DNA of 64,000 bases from Alphaproteobacteria bacterium (lineage in GTDB: Bacteria > Pseudomonadota > Alphaproteobacteria > SP197), in assembly GCA_965228895.1 (NCBI GenBank), contig OZ245842.1, positions 4,352,001 to 4,416,000 on the forward strand, written 5' to 3'. The translations under genes and the position numbers were made by a program. Below, piece by piece: positions 17,629 through 28,980 of this stretch (positions are counted from its first letter, which is position 1; each line of letters begins with the position of its first letter). The notes under the pieces are model-generated. The model was not told the origin of the DNA. It ran no database searches and saw nothing but the letters and a program-made list of their open reading frames with translations.

Positions 17629-18464
17629 GTCCGTGCCTCCCTGACCCCCTTGGCAAGTGCGCGTGTCAGGTCGAGGACGCCATCGACGCAAGCCTGGGAC
17701 GGCGACCCGTCCGCCGAAAAGCCGTCGGCCACCTTCTGGCAAAATGCGCTGCCGACAACGGCAGCATCGGCGACCCGCGCGACATCAGCGGCATCATCAG
17801 GCGTCTTGATGCCAAAGCCGACGGCAACCGGCAGTTTGGTGTGACGTTTCAGGCGATCGACAGCGGCCTGGGTATCGGCGGTCGCCGCGCCGGCTGCGCC
17901 CGTGATACCGGCAATCGCGACGTAGTAGACGAAGCCTGAGGTGTTCATCAGCACCTGCGGCAGACGTTTGTCATCGGTCGTCGGCGTCGCCAAGCGGATC
18001 CAGTTGAGGCCGGCATCGAGGGCGGGCAAACACAGTTCCTCGTCTTCTTCCGGCGGCAGATCGACAATGATCAGCGCATCGATACCGGCGTCGCGGGCGT
18101 CGTTCAGAAACGCTTCGTTTCCGTAGCTGTAAATGGGGTTGTAGTAGCCCATCAACACGACCGGCGTGGTGTCGTCGCGCTCGCGGAGCTCACGCACCAG
18201 AGCAAGTGTCTTCTTCAGCGTCGTCCCGGCTTTCAAAGAGCGTTGTCCGGCGGTCTGGATCGTCGGGCCATCGGCCATGGGGTCGGTGAACGGCATGCCA
18301 AACTCGATCACATCGGCGCCGGCCTCGGGCAGTCCAAGCAAGATATCCCGCGACATGTCGTAGTTGGGATCACCGGCCATGACATACGCCACCAGGCCGG
18401 CACGGCCCTCTTCGGCCAGCGCGGCAAAACGGGCGTCGATGCGACCTGCACCATTGGCGCTCAT
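17625..18464 (-). CDS. trpA: Tryptophan synthase alpha chain
   Basis: [24 protein letters not shown] and VGFGI. Confidence 0.97.
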   Translation of the reverse strand: MSANGAGRIDARFAALAEEGRAGLVAYVMAGDPNYDMSRDILLGLPEAGADVIEFGMPFTDPMADGPTIQTAGQRSLKAGTTLKKTLALVRELRERDDTTPVVLMGYYNPIYSYGNEAFLNDARDAGIDALIIVDLPPEEDEELCLPALDAGLNWIRLATPTTDDKRLPQVLMNTSGFVYYVAIAGITGAAGAATADTQAAVDRLKRHTKLPVAVGFGIKTPDDAADVARVADAAVVGSAFCQKVADGFSADGSPSQACVDGVLDLTRALAKGVREART

Positions 18465-19675
18465 AGCTTCACCCCCAACACATCGGCGACGGCAAACACG
18501 TCCTTATCGCCGCGGCCGCACATGTTCATGACCAGCAGGTGGTCTTGGGGCAAGTCCGGCGCGATCTTCATGACATGGGCCAGCGCATGCGCCGGCTCCA
18601 GCGCCGGGATGATCCCTTCCAGGCTGCAACAGAGCTGAAACGCCTCCAACGCTTCGTCGTCGGTCGCCGAGACATAGTTGACACGGCCGGTATCGGCGAG
18701 CCAGGCATGTTCCGGTCCGATACCCGGATAATCCAGACCAGCCGAAATAGAGTGCGGCTCGATGATCTGACCGTCGTCGTCCTGCAGCAGGTAAGTCCGG
18801 TTGCCGTGCAAGACACCAGGCCTGCCACCGGTGATCGACGCGGCGTGTTCGCCTGTCTCAATACCGTGACCCGCCGCCTCGACGCCATAGATCGCGACGT
18901 CGGTGTCATCGAGGAACGGATGAAACAGGCCCATCGCGTTCGAGCCACCACCGATACAGGCGACCAGGCTATCGGGCGGCCGGCCTTCGGCCTCGATCAT
19001 CTGCTCGCGCGTCTCCCGGCCGATCACCGACTGAAAGTCGCGCACCAGTTCCGGGTAGGGATGCGGCCCGGCAACCGTGCCGATGATGTAGAAGGTCGTC
19101 TCCACATTGGTGACCCAGTCGCGCAGCGCCTCGTTCAGAGCGTCCTTCAAGGTGTGCGAGCCCGAGGTCACCGGGATGACTTCGGCACCAAGCAGCTTCA
19201 TGCGAAAGACGTTGGGCGCCTGACGTTCGATATCCTTGGCGCCCATATAGACAACGCACGGCAGGCCGACCTTGGCGCAGACCGTCGCCGTGGCGACGCC
19301 ATGCTGCCCGGCGCCGGTCTCGGCGATGATGCGCTGTTTGCCCATGCGCTGGGCGAGCAGGATCTGACCGACCGTGTTGTTGATCTTGTGCGAGCCCGTG
19401 TGATTGAGCTCATCGCGCTTGAAGTAGATCTTGGCGCCGCCCAGGTGCTCGGTCAGCCGCTCGGCGAAATAGAGCGGGCTCGGACGCCCGACATAGTGCT
19501 TGGCCCAGTGATCGAGCTCGGCCTGAAAGCTGGGGTCGTTCTTGGCCTCGGTCCAGGCCTTTTCCAGGTCCAGAATCAGAGGCATCAGCGTTTCGGCCAC
19601 ATAGCGTCCGCCGAACATGCCGAAATGGCCCTGCTCGTCCGGTCCGCTACGGTACGTGTTCACCGGTTCCATCAT
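18461..19675 (-). CDS. trpB: Tryptophan synthase beta chain
   Basis: [12 protein letters not shown] lysine, AETGAGQHG and [12 protein letters not shown]. Confidence 0.98.
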   Translation of the reverse strand: MMEPVNTYRSGPDEQGHFGMFGGRYVAETLMPLILDLEKAWTEAKNDPSFQAELDHWAKHYVGRPSPLYFAERLTEHLGGAKIYFKRDELNHTGSHKINNTVGQILLAQRMGKQRIIAETGAGQHGVATATVCAKVGLPCVVYMGAKDIERQAPNVFRMKLLGAEVIPVTSGSHTLKDALNEALRDWVTNVETTFYIIGTVAGPHPYPELVRDFQSVIGRETREQMIEAEGRPPDSLVACIGGGSNAMGLFHPFLDDTDVAIYGVEAAGHGIETGEHAASITGGRPGVLHGNRTYLLQDDDGQIIEPHSISAGLDYPGIGPEHAWLADTGRVNYVSATDDEALEAFQLCCSLEGIIPALEPAHALAHVMKIAPDLPQDHLLVMNMCGRGDKDVFAVADVLGVKL

Positions 19676-19801
19676 GTGTCCTTTTTGTTCAGGAGCCGGG
19701 AACATGCCGTTTTCCGACCGGCTCTGCAACGTCTGAACAATGCCCCAGCAGTCTGCTGCAACTGGCGGCGATACCCGCCTAAAATCGCCAAAATTGCCAC
19801 A

Positions 19802-20629
19802 TTAATCGCGTTTTCGCGCGAGGATCTCGACTGGAATCGTGCGTCCCTCGGCGACCGCGCGCGAGGAGTTCGCCATCATGACGGCCGCCACATCACCATG
19901 AACCAAGGGAACCGAGCGGTGCGGCGGTTTCCCGCCGCGCTCGACAACCGCCTTGGCGCGCGCGCCGAAGTCTTTGGACTCGGCGGCCCTGTCGCCTGCC
20001 TGGACAATGACGAAACCGGCGGTCTCCAGACCGGACCGGGTCGCCGCCAGAGTCGTTAGAAAACTTGCCTCGGCGGTGCTGGCCCAGGGCAGCGGGTAAT
20101 CGGGCTCCGGCCCCACACCGCGCGCGAACTCGGACAAGACCAGCCGCGCACCCGGCTTCAGGACCCGGGAGAGTTCGGCGTAGAGGGCATCCTTATCGGC
20201 GATGTTCATGGACACGTTCATGGAGTAAGCGGCATCGAACGTGCCATCGTCGAACGGCATGGCGAGCGCATTGCCGGTCTCGAAACGCACCCTGTCGTCT
20301 AGCCCCAGCAACGCCGTCAGTTGCCGCGCGACGTCGCAGAACTCTGCTGTCAAATCGACGCCGGTGACCTGGCAGCCGAACGTGTCAGCCATAAAACGCG
20401 CTGGTCCACCGATGCCGCTGCCAACGTCGAGCACATGGTCGGCCGCCAGCAGCGAAAGCAGGTTGGCGACATCCTCGGTCGCCTCCAGACCGCGCCCGTG
20501 AAACTGGTCATAAGGCGCAAGCGTCGCGATGGTCGGCCGGTTCGGATCGACGCCATCGTCCCGCAACGCCGCAGCAAGGCGGTCGAACAGGTCACCGCTG
20601 GTGTAGTGGTTTGTGACGTCTTGGCTCAT
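19802..20629 (-). CDS. Class I SAM-dependent methyltransferase
   Basis: DQFHGRG, VLDVGSGIGG, GVDLT and RVLKPG. Confidence 0.88.
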   Translation of the reverse strand: MSQDVTNHYTSGDLFDRLAAALRDDGVDPNRPTIATLAPYDQFHGRGLEATEDVANLLSLLAADHVLDVGSGIGGPARFMADTFGCQVTGVDLTAEFCDVARQLTALLGLDDRVRFETGNALAMPFDDGTFDAAYSMNVSMNIADKDALYAELSRVLKPGARLVLSEFARGVGPEPDYPLPWASTAEASFLTTLAATRSGLETAGFVIVQAGDRAAESKDFGARAKAVVERGGKPPHRSVPLVHGDVAAVMMANSSRAVAEGRTIPVEILARKRD

Positions 20630-20646
20630 GGCCTGCCGGCGACGGC

Positions 20647-21288
20647 CTAAAGGCCCCGAACGGTTTGTAGAAACGCCTTGATCATGCCGGGGTCCTTGAC
20701 GCCGGGCGCAGACTCGACGCCACTCGATACGTCGACGCAACGCGCACCCGTAAGGTTCACCGCTTCACCCACGTTGTCGTGGTCCAGGCCACCCGCCAAC
20801 ATCCACGGTCTCTGCCAGCTGCGCCCAGCCAAAAGCCGCCAATCGAACGCGACCGCGTTACCGCCCGGAAGGGTCGCGCCCTTGGGCGGCTTGGTATCGA
20901 ACATCAGCCAGTCCGCGACCGGCTCGAAGCTCGATGCGGAGTCCAAATCTTCGGCCTCGGCGACCCTGACGACTTTCATCATGTCGACGCCGAAGCGGGT
21001 GCGAACGTCGGCGACGCGCTTGGGGTCTTCAAGGCCATGCAGTTGCACCATCGAAAGACCGCCGGCCGCGATGGCGCCTGCGAGCAACGTATCGTCAGGG
21101 TCGACAAAAACGCCGACCTTGCCGACACCTTCGGGCACACGGGTGCCGAGCGCTTGAACAGCTTCCAAGTTCACGTAGCGCGGGCTCTTCTCGAAGAAGT
21201 TGAAGCCGACAAATCGCGCGCCGTGCGTGATTGCCGCGTCAAGGGCTTCGACACTTCCGATGCCGCAGATTTTTGCGTCGACCGCCAT
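20647..21288 (-). CDS. trpF: Phosphoribosylanthranilate isomerase
   Basis: KICG, KSPR, VQLHG.E, LAGGL and VDVSSGVE. Confidence 0.97.
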   Translation of the reverse strand: MAVDAKICGIGSVEALDAAITHGARFVGFNFFEKSPRYVNLEAVQALGTRVPEGVGKVGVFVDPDDTLLAGAIAAGGLSMVQLHGLEDPKRVADVRTRFGVDMMKVVRVAEAEDLDSASSFEPVADWLMFDTKPPKGATLPGGNAVAFDWRLLAGRSWQRPWMLAGGLDHDNVGEAVNLTGARCVDVSSGVESAPGVKDPGMIKAFLQTVRGL

Positions 21289-21342
21289 GGTAACGCCCTA
21301 TGTGGTTGGCTGGAGGTCCCGATCCAAGGGACCTGGCGGCCT

Positions 21343-22065
21343 TTAAGCCGCCATCTCCTCGATGATACGGCCGGTGGCCTCGACCGGGTTGCGGGCCTGG
21401 GTGATCGGGCGTCCGACAACCAGATAATCGGCGCCCTCGTTCATGGCCTCCGACGGCGTGATAATCCGCTTCTGGTCATGCGCGGTCGACCAAGCCGGCC
21501 GGATACCGGGGACCACCAGCAGAAAGTCATCGCCGCAGCGCCGGCGCAGCTCGCGAATTTCATGGGCCGAGCAGACGACGCCGTCGACGCCGCATTCCTG
21601 GGCCAGGTCAGCGAGCCGCAGAACCTGCTCGGTCACCGTGCCCTGGCCGCCAATCATGGCGAGATCGCTGTCATCGAAACTGGTCAGGACGGTCACGGCA
21701 ATCACTTTGGGCCGGCGCCCGCCATGCTGCTCGCCCGACCTGACGGCCGCTGCCATGGCGCCGCGCATCATGGCCGATCCACCGGTCGCATGAATGGTCG
21801 TCATGAACGGCATGATATCCGCCATGCCGCGGATGCCGCCGGCGACCGTGTTGGGAATATCGTGCAGCTTGAGATCGAGAAACAGCGGATGCCGGTCCGC
21901 GACAACCTGACGGACGCCGTCCGGTCCGTGCGAACTGAAAAACTCCAGGCCCAGCTTCACGCCGCCGACCTTGCCCGAGAGGCTCTTCGACAACGCAATC
22001 GCGAGGTCCAGATCAATCGTGTCGATCGCGCACAACAGGCGAGACACGGCGTTGGGCTGCGCCAT
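21343..22065 (-). CDS. pyrF: Orotidine-5'-phosphate decarboxylase
   Basis: FLDLKLHDIPNT, PGIRP and VVGRPI. Confidence 0.97.
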   Translation of the reverse strand: MAQPNAVSRLLCAIDTIDLDLAIALSKSLSGKVGGVKLGLEFFSSHGPDGVRQVVADRHPLFLDLKLHDIPNTVAGGIRGMADIMPFMTTIHATGGSAMMRGAMAAAVRSGEQHGGRRPKVIAVTVLTSFDDSDLAMIGGQGTVTEQVLRLADLAQECGVDGVVCSAHEIRELRRRCGDDFLLVVPGIRPAWSTAHDQKRIITPSEAMNEGADYLVVGRPITQARNPVEATGRIIEEMAA

Positions 22066-22177
22066 GGCATCTTCCCCCATTTCCACATGACAACGGCGCT
22101 TCTCAGTGGGCGCCACTCTTGGCGGATCTTATACCAGATTGATGGGGTGACGGCAGCCCCATCGATGTTAGGCGCGT

Positions 22178-23134
22178 TCAGGCCTTGGCGGTGGCAAGCT
22201 CCAACAGCAGCCGGGCGACACCCAGATCCAGGTGGCCGCCGCCGCCATTCTTGAAGAACGTGATCTCTTCGCCACTCTGGCGGCCGGAAACGGCGCCACG
22301 GGAGAGCTCAAACAGATCGCCGACAATGTCGTCTTCGGTCATCACACCGTTGTCGACGGGCGTCTTGATGTCGCCGACCTTGCCGACCGTGAACCAGCGG
22401 GAATCGACATAAACCCGGGCGCGGCGCACGCATTCGTCGTCGGATTCGCGCATGTCAGGCTGGTAACCGCCGACCAGGTCCAGATGGCCGCCCGGCTTGA
22501 GCCATGCGCCCTTGATCAGCGGCTCTTCGGCCATGGTCGCACAGGAGATGACGTCGGCCTCGCGCGCTGCCGCCTCCAGATCGGTCGTCGCGCGAATTGT
22601 GATTCCGTCGAGTCTGAGTGTTTGCGCCAGTTTCTCCGCACGCGCGCCCGTTCTATTCCACACCCAGACCTCGCGGATCGACGGCCTGATCGCGCTATGC
22701 GCCATGATCAGATGGGGCGCCATGGCACCGGCGCCGGCCATCAGCATGATACGTGCGTCCTCGCGCGCCAGGAAACTGGCGCCGGTCGCCGAATCGCCGG
22801 CGGTTTTGCGCAAGGTGAGCGCGGTGCCGTCGATGATCGCGGCCGGCTCGCCCGTGGCGCCGTCGAACAACACGTAGACGCCCTGAACGGTCGGCAGACC
22901 GGTATCCGTTCGCTCGTTCTCCGGAAAGACGGTCACCAGCTTGACCCCGATCGCCTGACCGCGCTGCCACGCCGGCAGCAGCAAGAAACCGTCCGTGCTG
23001 GCTGCCGGGTTGGGTTGGGTCAGGTAGACGTCGCTAATCTCGTCGATATCCTGGCGGTGGAATGCCTTCAGGCCTTCGACCACGGTGGGATAGTCGAGCA
23101 GATCGTGCACCGCCTCTGCGGCGATGTGTTTCAT
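22178..23134 (-). CDS. Ornithine cyclodeaminase/mu-crystallin family protein
   Basis: GVKLVTVFP.N, IDGTALT.RKTA, GAGAMA and VWNRT. Confidence 0.88.
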   Translation of the reverse strand: MKHIAAEAVHDLLDYPTVVEGLKAFHRQDIDEISDVYLTQPNPAASTDGFLLLPAWQRGQAIGVKLVTVFPENERTDTGLPTVQGVYVLFDGATGEPAAIIDGTALTLRKTAGDSATGASFLAREDARIMLMAGAGAMAPHLIMAHSAIRPSIREVWVWNRTGARAEKLAQTLRLDGITIRATTDLEAAAREADVISCATMAEEPLIKGAWLKPGGHLDLVGGYQPDMRESDDECVRRARVYVDSRWFTVGKVGDIKTPVDNGVMTEDDIVGDLFELSRGAVSGRQSGEEITFFKNGGGGHLDLGVARLLLELATAKA

Positions 23135-23146
23135 GGGAGAATGGTG

Positions 23147-23518
23147 TCAGGCCGCCGGCAACTGGTCGACGGACGTGTTCGCTTGTCCCGACGCCGGTGC
23201 GGCAAGGGCGGTGCTCTCGGCCTTTTTCACACGGCCCTCGACATCTTTCAGCGTCGATTCAAGCTCGGCAATCCGGCGGCGGCGTTCACGGGCACGCCGA
23301 CGTGTCCCGTGGCCGGCCATCCAGCCCAGCAGGCCGCCGACCCCGACGCCAATGACAAAGATGGCGAAGACCAGCAGAAAGAGTGGAATAGACATCTCGA
23401 ACGGCAGCGGCGAGAACGAGACCAGCACGCCTTCCCGGTTCGAAATGGAAAAGACGATAAGAATCAACCCGATAGGAAGTGCGATCAGCCAGTAGAGCAG
23501 TTTGGAAGCTGGCTGCAC
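23147..23518 (-). CDS. LapA-domain membrane protein
   Basis: Two TM helices with FSISNR..V, followed by a coiled coil; downstream of ihfB. Confidence 0.75.
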   Translation of the reverse strand: MQPASKLLYWLIALPIGLILIVFSISNREGVLVSFSPLPFEMSIPLFLLVFAIFVIGVGVGGLLGWMAGHGTRRRARERRRRIAELESTLKDVEGRVKKAESTALAAPASGQANTSVDQLPAA

Positions 23519-23524
23519 GACGGG

Positions 23525-23818
23525 TTAGGCCTCCGACGAAGCCTTGTTCAGGCGCTCCCGCAACTCCTTACCGGTCTTGAAGAACGGCAGGAACTTCTCG
23601 GCCACGCTAACCGTCTCGCCGGTGCGCGGATTACGGCCGATGCGGGCATTGCGCTTGCGGACCGAAAACGAGCCGAAGCCGCGTAACTCGACCCTGTCGC
23701 CACGCGACAGGGCGCCCGAAATCTCATCGAAAACGGTGTTCACGATACGCTCGACATCGCGCTGATATAGATGCGGATAGCGTTCCGACAACCGCGCGAT
23801 CAGTTCTGATTTGGTCAT
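23525..23818 (-). CDS. ihfB: Integration host factor beta subunit
   Basis: [24 protein letters not shown] and [12 protein letters not shown]. Confidence 0.97.
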   Translation of the reverse strand: MTKSELIARLSERYPHLYQRDVERIVNTVFDEISGALSRGDRVELRGFGSFSVRKRNARIGRNPRTGETVSVAEKFLPFFKTGKELRERLNKASSEA

Positions 23819-23895
23819 CCGGCACCCTAATCTCTGACCCAACCCTGTGAGAAACGGCGCGATCAGTTGCTCACGCAACCGCCGCCATCACCTCA

Positions 23896-24810
23896 TCAGT
23901 GCAGGTCAGGTTGCCAGACGGCAACCAGACCGTCAAGTGTAAGTGGTTCTGGCAGCAGGCTTTTTCCAGTTTCCTTGAACATCGCGACAAGCCAGCTTTC
24001 GTCCTCGCCATAGCTCACATCGACCACCGGCAGGTTGCCGTTGATACCGTGAGCATCGCTGAGCCAGGCAAGAGCCGCCGGCTCGCCGCCGATCCCATCA
24101 ATCAGACCGTTATCGACCGCCTGGCTGCCGGTAAACACCCGGCCATCGGCCAGAACCGCGAGCGACTCGGCATCCAGATTGGGCCGGCCGGTCTGCACCA
24201 TGCCGACGAAGATCGACTGCATCTCATCGACGATGACCTGGGACCACGCCATGGCCGCCGGCGAGGTTTCCTCGAACGGCGACGGCTGGCCCTTGAGTGG
24301 GCCGCTCTTGATCGATTCCGGCTCAATACCGATGCTTTGGAGCAGACCGACGACGTTGGCCGACTGCATGATGACGCCGATCGAGCCGGTCAACGTGCCT
24401 TCACGGGCGACGATGTGGTCCCCGGCCACCGCGATCATGTAGCCGGCGCTGGTCGCCAGACCTTCCATGACCGCGACCACCGGCTTCTGTTCGGCGACAT
24501 CGGCGATCGCGTGATAGAGCGCCTCGCCGCCGACAAAGGTGCCACCGGGGCTGTCGATACGGATAATCAGCGCCTTGACCCCGCCGTCGCTGGCGAGGTC
24601 ACGGACCGCGTTATCGCGATCGACGTCGTTGGCGATCACGCCGGTCACCGACAACCGCGCAATGCGGTCGCCGGTCTCGTCATTGACCAGCTTCTCGGCG
24701 AAAACCAGGTAGACCGCCACGGCAACGGCAACCACGAACAGGGCCTGCCAGAAGCGGACGCGGCGTTTAAGCCGCTGGCGCGAGATCAGGCGTTGTGTGT
24801 CCATCACCAT
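23896..24810 (-). CDS. sppA: Signal peptide peptidase SppA (S49, short type)
   Basis: N-terminal TM, IDSPGG, ATSAGY and TGSIGV; rpsA-sppA-ihfB order. Confidence 0.92.
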   Translation of the reverse strand: MVMDTQRLISRQRLKRRVRFWQALFVVAVAVAVYLVFAEKLVNDETGDRIARLSVTGVIANDVDRDNAVRDLASDGGVKALIIRIDSPGGTFVGGEALYHAIADVAEQKPVVAVMEGLATSAGYMIAVAGDHIVAREGTLTGSIGVIMQSANVVGLLQSIGIEPESIKSGPLKGQPSPFEETSPAAMAWSQVIVDEMQSIFVGMVQTGRPNLDAESLAVLADGRVFTGSQAVDNGLIDGIGGEPAALAWLSDAHGINGNLPVVDVSYGEDESWLVAMFKETGKSLLPEPLTLDGLVAVWQPDLH

Positions 24811-24832
24811 GGCGGGTTCTACCTATCTTGCC

Positions 24833-26707
24833 TCAGGCGTCTTTCTTGGCCTCGTCATCGCTGCCAGCATCGCCTTCCGCGGCTTCTTCCGCAGCGGGCT
24901 CCGCTGCGGCCTCGGCGTCACCTTCGGTCTCGACCTCGGATTCAACCTCGACCTCAGGCTCGGCATCGCTGGCTTCCTGCTCGGGCTTGTCCCCGGACGC
25001 TTCCTTGGCGGACAGGGCCGCACCCAGAATATCGCCCAGGGTGGCACCGCTATCGGCGGAGCCATACTCCTTCATCGCCTTCTTTTCCTCGTCGATTTCG
25101 AGACCCTTGATGGTCAGGCTCAGCTTGCGCGTCGCCTTGTCCACCGAGGTGATCTTGGCATCGACGCGGTCGCCGGCGGCGAAGCGGTCGGGCCGCTGCT
25201 CGCTGCGTTCGCGTGACAGATCGCCCTTGCGGATGAAGCCCTGAACGGCGTCGTTGACCTGAACCTCGATACCGTTCTCCATGATCCGCGTCACCTTGCA
25301 GGTGACGATCGAACCACGCTTCAGGCCGCTCATGGCCTCCGACATCGGATCGGAGCCCAGCTGCTTGATACCCAGGCTGATGCGCTCTTTCTCGGTGTCG
25401 ATATCGAGCACCTTGGCCCGGACCTGGTCGCCCTTCTTGAAGTCCTGAATGGCTTCCTCGCCGGACTTGTCCCAGGAGATGTCGGACATGTGGACCATGC
25501 CGTCGAGGTCGTCGCCAAGATCGACGAACAAACCGAACTCGGTGATGTTCTTGACCTCGCCCTCGACATCGCTGTCGACCGGATGGCTCTCGGCAAAGTG
25601 CTCCCACGGGTTTTCCATGGTCTGCTTGATGCCAAGGCTGATCCGCCGTTTGTCCTCGTCGACATCCAGGATTTCGACTTCGACTTCCTGGCTGGTCGAG
25701 ATGATCTTGCCGGGATGGACGTTCTTCTTGGTCCAGCTCATCTCCGAGACATGAACCAGGCCTTCGATGCCCGGCTCCAGCTCCACAAAGGCGCCGTAGT
25801 CGGTGATGTTGGTGACCCGGCCCGTGTAACGCGCACCGACCGGATACTTGGCCGCCACGCCTTCCCACGGATCGGCCTCAAGCTGCTTCATGCCGAGGCT
25901 GATGCGCTGGGTCTCCGGGTTGAAGCGGATGACCTGCACGTTGACCGTCTGGCCGATGCTGAGCGCCTCGGTCGGATGGTTGATACGCCGCCACGAAATG
26001 TCGGTGACGTGCAGCAGACCGTCGACACCGCCCAGATCGACGAAGGCGCCATAATCGGTGATGTTCTTGACAACGCCTTCCAGCACCTGGCCTTCGGTCA
26101 GGCCGGCGATCAGCTCGGCGCGCTGGCCGGCACGCTGATCCTCCAGCACCGAGCGGCGCGAGACCACGATGTTGCCGCGCCGGCGGTCCATCTTCAGGAT
26201 CCGGAACTCATGCTCGTCGCCCATCAACGGCGCGATGTCGCGCACGGGGCGGATATCGACCTGGCTGCCCGGCAGGAAAGCCAGGGCGCCGCCCAGGTCG
26301 ACGGTGAAACCACCCTTGACGCGGCTGACGATGTAACCCTTGACCCGGTCGCTCTCGTTGAACGCGATTTCCAGCTGGTTCCACGATTCTTCCCGGCGCG
26401 CCTTCTCGCGCGACAGGACGGCTTCACCGTTGCGGTTTTCCATCCGCTCGATAAAGACCTCGACCTCGTCGCCGACATTGATGTCCGGCTTGCCGCCCGG
26501 CGGCGTGAACTCGCGTAAGGGGATACGGCCCTCGGCCTTCAATCCCACATCGATCAGGGCGGCGTCGTTGGTGATGTCGACCACCTTACCCTTGACCACC
26601 GAGCCTTCCATGATGTCGACCCGGTCGAGGAACTCGTTGAACAGCTCCTCAAAATTCTCTTCGATTGCGGGCGCGCTTGCGCCCTCAACGACGTCGGTAT
26701 TCGCCAT
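24833..26707 (-). CDS. rpsA: 30S ribosomal protein S1 with an acidic C-terminal tail
   Basis: Repeated S1 domains (NITDYGAFV, GLLHVTDISW, RISLG.KQ). Confidence 0.98.
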   Translation of the reverse strand: MANTDVVEGASAPAIEENFEELFNEFLDRVDIMEGSVVKGKVVDITNDAALIDVGLKAEGRIPLREFTPPGGKPDINVGDEVEVFIERMENRNGEAVLSREKARREESWNQLEIAFNESDRVKGYIVSRVKGGFTVDLGGALAFLPGSQVDIRPVRDIAPLMGDEHEFRILKMDRRRGNIVVSRRSVLEDQRAGQRAELIAGLTEGQVLEGVVKNITDYGAFVDLGGVDGLLHVTDISWRRINHPTEALSIGQTVNVQVIRFNPETQRISLGMKQLEADPWEGVAAKYPVGARYTGRVTNITDYGAFVELEPGIEGLVHVSEMSWTKKNVHPGKIISTSQEVEVEILDVDEDKRRISLGIKQTMENPWEHFAESHPVDSDVEGEVKNITEFGLFVDLGDDLDGMVHMSDISWDKSGEEAIQDFKKGDQVRAKVLDIDTEKERISLGIKQLGSDPMSEAMSGLKRGSIVTCKVTRIMENGIEVQVNDAVQGFIRKGDLSRERSEQRPDRFAAGDRVDAKITSVDKATRKLSLTIKGLEIDEEKKAMKEYGSADSGATLGDILGAALSAKEASGDKPEQEASDAEPEVEVESEVETEGDAEAAAEPAAEEAAEGDAGSDDEAKKDA

Positions 26708-26830
26708 GATGTCTCCTGTTGATTTTGGAAGCCTTCGGCCTCCTGGTGTCGGTTTTGGATTTCACCCTTTTTGGGGCGAGGCCGACACCTCACCGGCCTT
26801 TTGGGGCCGGGGCTGTCACCAGCTCGTGAT
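26708..26830 (-). promoter_or_regulatory. Structured rpsA 5' leader
   Basis: On the minus strand, a CCGGCC/GGCCGG hairpin is followed by a GGTGTCGG...CCGACACC stem enclosing TCGCCC/GGGTGA, then an AGGAG RBS. Confidence 0.5.
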
Positions 26831-26856
26831 TGCGGCGCCTGTATATAGATGAGCGG

Positions 26857-27495
26857 CTACCTGTTCAACTGTTGATCGACAAGGGTTAACGCGGCCTTCA
26901 GCGCCTCGTCGGCGTCCATTTGGGAGGTATCGAGCAGGATCGCGTCTTCGGCCTGGCGCAGGGGCGCCGTCGTGCGCTCGGTATCCTGGCGGTCGCGCGC
27001 GGCAAGATCGGCCGCCACCCGGTCGCGGTCGACGGCCGAGTCGCGGTCCTTCAGTTCGAGATAGCGCCGTTCGACCCGGGATTGCTGGTCAGCGGTAACA
27101 AAGAACTTCACCGTGGCGTCGGGACAAACGACCGTACCGATATCGCGCCCGTCAATCACCGCACCAGGCGGTTCGGCGGCAAAGGCCCGCTGAAACGCCA
27201 GCAGGGCCTGCCGGACATCGGGATAGGCCGCGACCTCAGACGCCGCTTTGCCGACCGCCTCCTGGCGCAGGTTGTCGCGGTCTAGGTCGCCGGCATCGAG
27301 TTGGCGGGCGCAGGCCGCCGCGGCATCGGCATCGCCGGGATCGCCGCCCTCAGCCAGGAGCCGCGCTGCTGTGGCGCGGTAGAGCATGCCGCTATCCAGG
27401 TGCCTGAGGCCCAATTGCGCGGCCAGGCCGCGCGCCAGCGTCCCCTTGCCGGCGGCGGTCGGACCGTCGATCGCGATGACAAGAACCGCCGTCAC
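26857..27495 (-). CDS. cmk: Cytidylate kinase
   Basis: [20 protein letters not shown] and [12 protein letters not shown]. Confidence 0.96.
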   Translation of the reverse strand: MTAVLVIAIDGPTAAGKGTLARGLAAQLGLRHLDSGMLYRATAARLLAEGGDPGDADAAAACARQLDAGDLDRDNLRQEAVGKAASEVAAYPDVRQALLAFQRAFAAEPPGAVIDGRDIGTVVCPDATVKFFVTADQQSRVERRYLELKDRDSAVDRDRVAADLAARDRQDTERTTAPLRQAEDAILLDTSQMDADEALKAALTLVDQQLNR

Positions 27496-28844
27496 GGTTC
27501 GAACCGCGCGCCCAGCCCGGTCATCAGGTTCAGGAAATCAGGAAAGCTGGTCGCGATCGGCGCGGCGTCATCAATCGTGACCGGCCGTTCGGCGGCAAGT
27601 CCCAGGACCAGGAAACTCATGGCAATGCGATGGTCAAGATGGGTCTCGACCGGCGTGTTGTTGCCGCCGGGCACGCGCCCGGCGCAGCCGTCGATGACCA
27701 GACCGTCCTCGAGCTCCTCGACGGCGATACCGGCGGCCTTCAACCCAGTGGCCATGGCCGACAGGCGGTCGCTTTCCTTGACGCGCAGCTCCTGGAGGCC
27801 GCGCATGACCGTGCGCCCTTTAGCAACCGACGCGGCGACCGCCAGGATCGGATATTCGTCGATCATGGTCGGCGCGCGTTCCGCCGGCACCGCGACGCCC
27901 GCAAGGTCGCCGCCCCGGATGCGGATATCGGCGACAGGTTCGCCGCCTTCTTCGCGCTCGTTTTCCAGCACAAGATCGGCACCCATCTCCTGCAAGGTCG
28001 TCACCAATCCCGCCCGAAGCGGGTTGATACCGACCCCGGTCACCGTGACGTCCGCGCCTGGCAGAAGAGCTGCGGCCACAAGCGGAAAGGCCGCCGACGA
28101 TGGATCGCCCGGCACCTGGATCGACGCCGGCGTCAGTTCCGGTTGCCCGGTGACGATGACGGCAAGTGCCCCGCCGTCGCGCGGCTCGACCCTGACCTCG
28201 CCACCGAAGGCACGGACCATGCGTTCGGTGTGATCGCGGCTGGCGGCTGCCTCGATCACGCCGGTTTCGCCCGGCGCGTGAAGGCCGGCCAGCAGCACCG
28301 CCGACTTGATCTGCGCGGATGCAACGGGCGTTTCGTAGGTAATCGGCAGCAAACAGTCCCTGCCCTTCACCGTCATCGGCAGGCGGTCGCCCTCCCTGCC
28401 GTCAAAGGTCGCGCCCATCGCCTCAAGCGGGCGGGCGATGCGGCCCATGGGCCGTTTGCGCAGCGAAGCATCGCCGGTGAACACCGTGGTGAACGGATGG
28501 CCGGCGGCCAGCCCCATCAGCAAGCGCACGCCGGTCCCGGAGTTGCCCAGGTCGATCACGTCATCGGGCTGCTTCAGGCCGCCGATCCCACGACCCCAGA
28601 TGTGCCAGATGCCGTCGTCGCCACGTTCGACCTCGGCACCAAAGGCCCGCATCGCCGAGGCGGTTGCCAGCACGTCTTCGCCTTCCAGGAGGCCACGCAC
28701 CACCGTCTCGCCGACGGTGAGGCCACCCAGCATGAGGGCACGGTGAGAAATCGACTTGTCACCGGGCACCGCGACAATGCCCGACAGACCATCGGTGGGG
28801 TGACCGGCAATGGCAGTTTGGGGCGATGGCGGCGACTTGTTCAT
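27492..28844 (-). CDS. aroA: EPSP synthase (class II-type motifs)
   Basis: [32 protein letters not shown] and DHRIAM. Confidence 0.97.
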   Translation of the reverse strand: MNKSPPSPQTAIAGHPTDGLSGIVAVPGDKSISHRALMLGGLTVGETVVRGLLEGEDVLATASAMRAFGAEVERGDDGIWHIWGRGIGGLKQPDDVIDLGNSGTGVRLLMGLAAGHPFTTVFTGDASLRKRPMGRIARPLEAMGATFDGREGDRLPMTVKGRDCLLPITYETPVASAQIKSAVLLAGLHAPGETGVIEAAASRDHTERMVRAFGGEVRVEPRDGGALAVIVTGQPELTPASIQVPGDPSSAAFPLVAAALLPGADVTVTGVGINPLRAGLVTTLQEMGADLVLENEREEGGEPVADIRIRGGDLAGVAVPAERAPTMIDEYPILAVAASVAKGRTVMRGLQELRVKESDRLSAMATGLKAAGIAVEELEDGLVIDGCAGRVPGGNNTPVETHLDHRIAMSFLVLGLAAERPVTIDDAAPIATSFPDFLNLMTGLGARFEP

Positions 28845-28980
28845 GGCGGCCTTCTAGCACGGGCGGCCATGTTCGTGTAATCGCTTCGGCGCTGGCGCGA
28901 TTTTGATTTTGACAGGCGTCCCGCAAATGGATATTGGGCCGCTCCAATCATTCGATGAGGCCGGTTCGGGAGCTACCGCA

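Noticed and set aside
24833-25010. Acidic low-complexity tail of RpsA (and of TIGR02300) as RimK-related substrates
   Set aside because: Acidic tails are common in these families, neither ends in Glu-Glu, and there is no evidence of a link.
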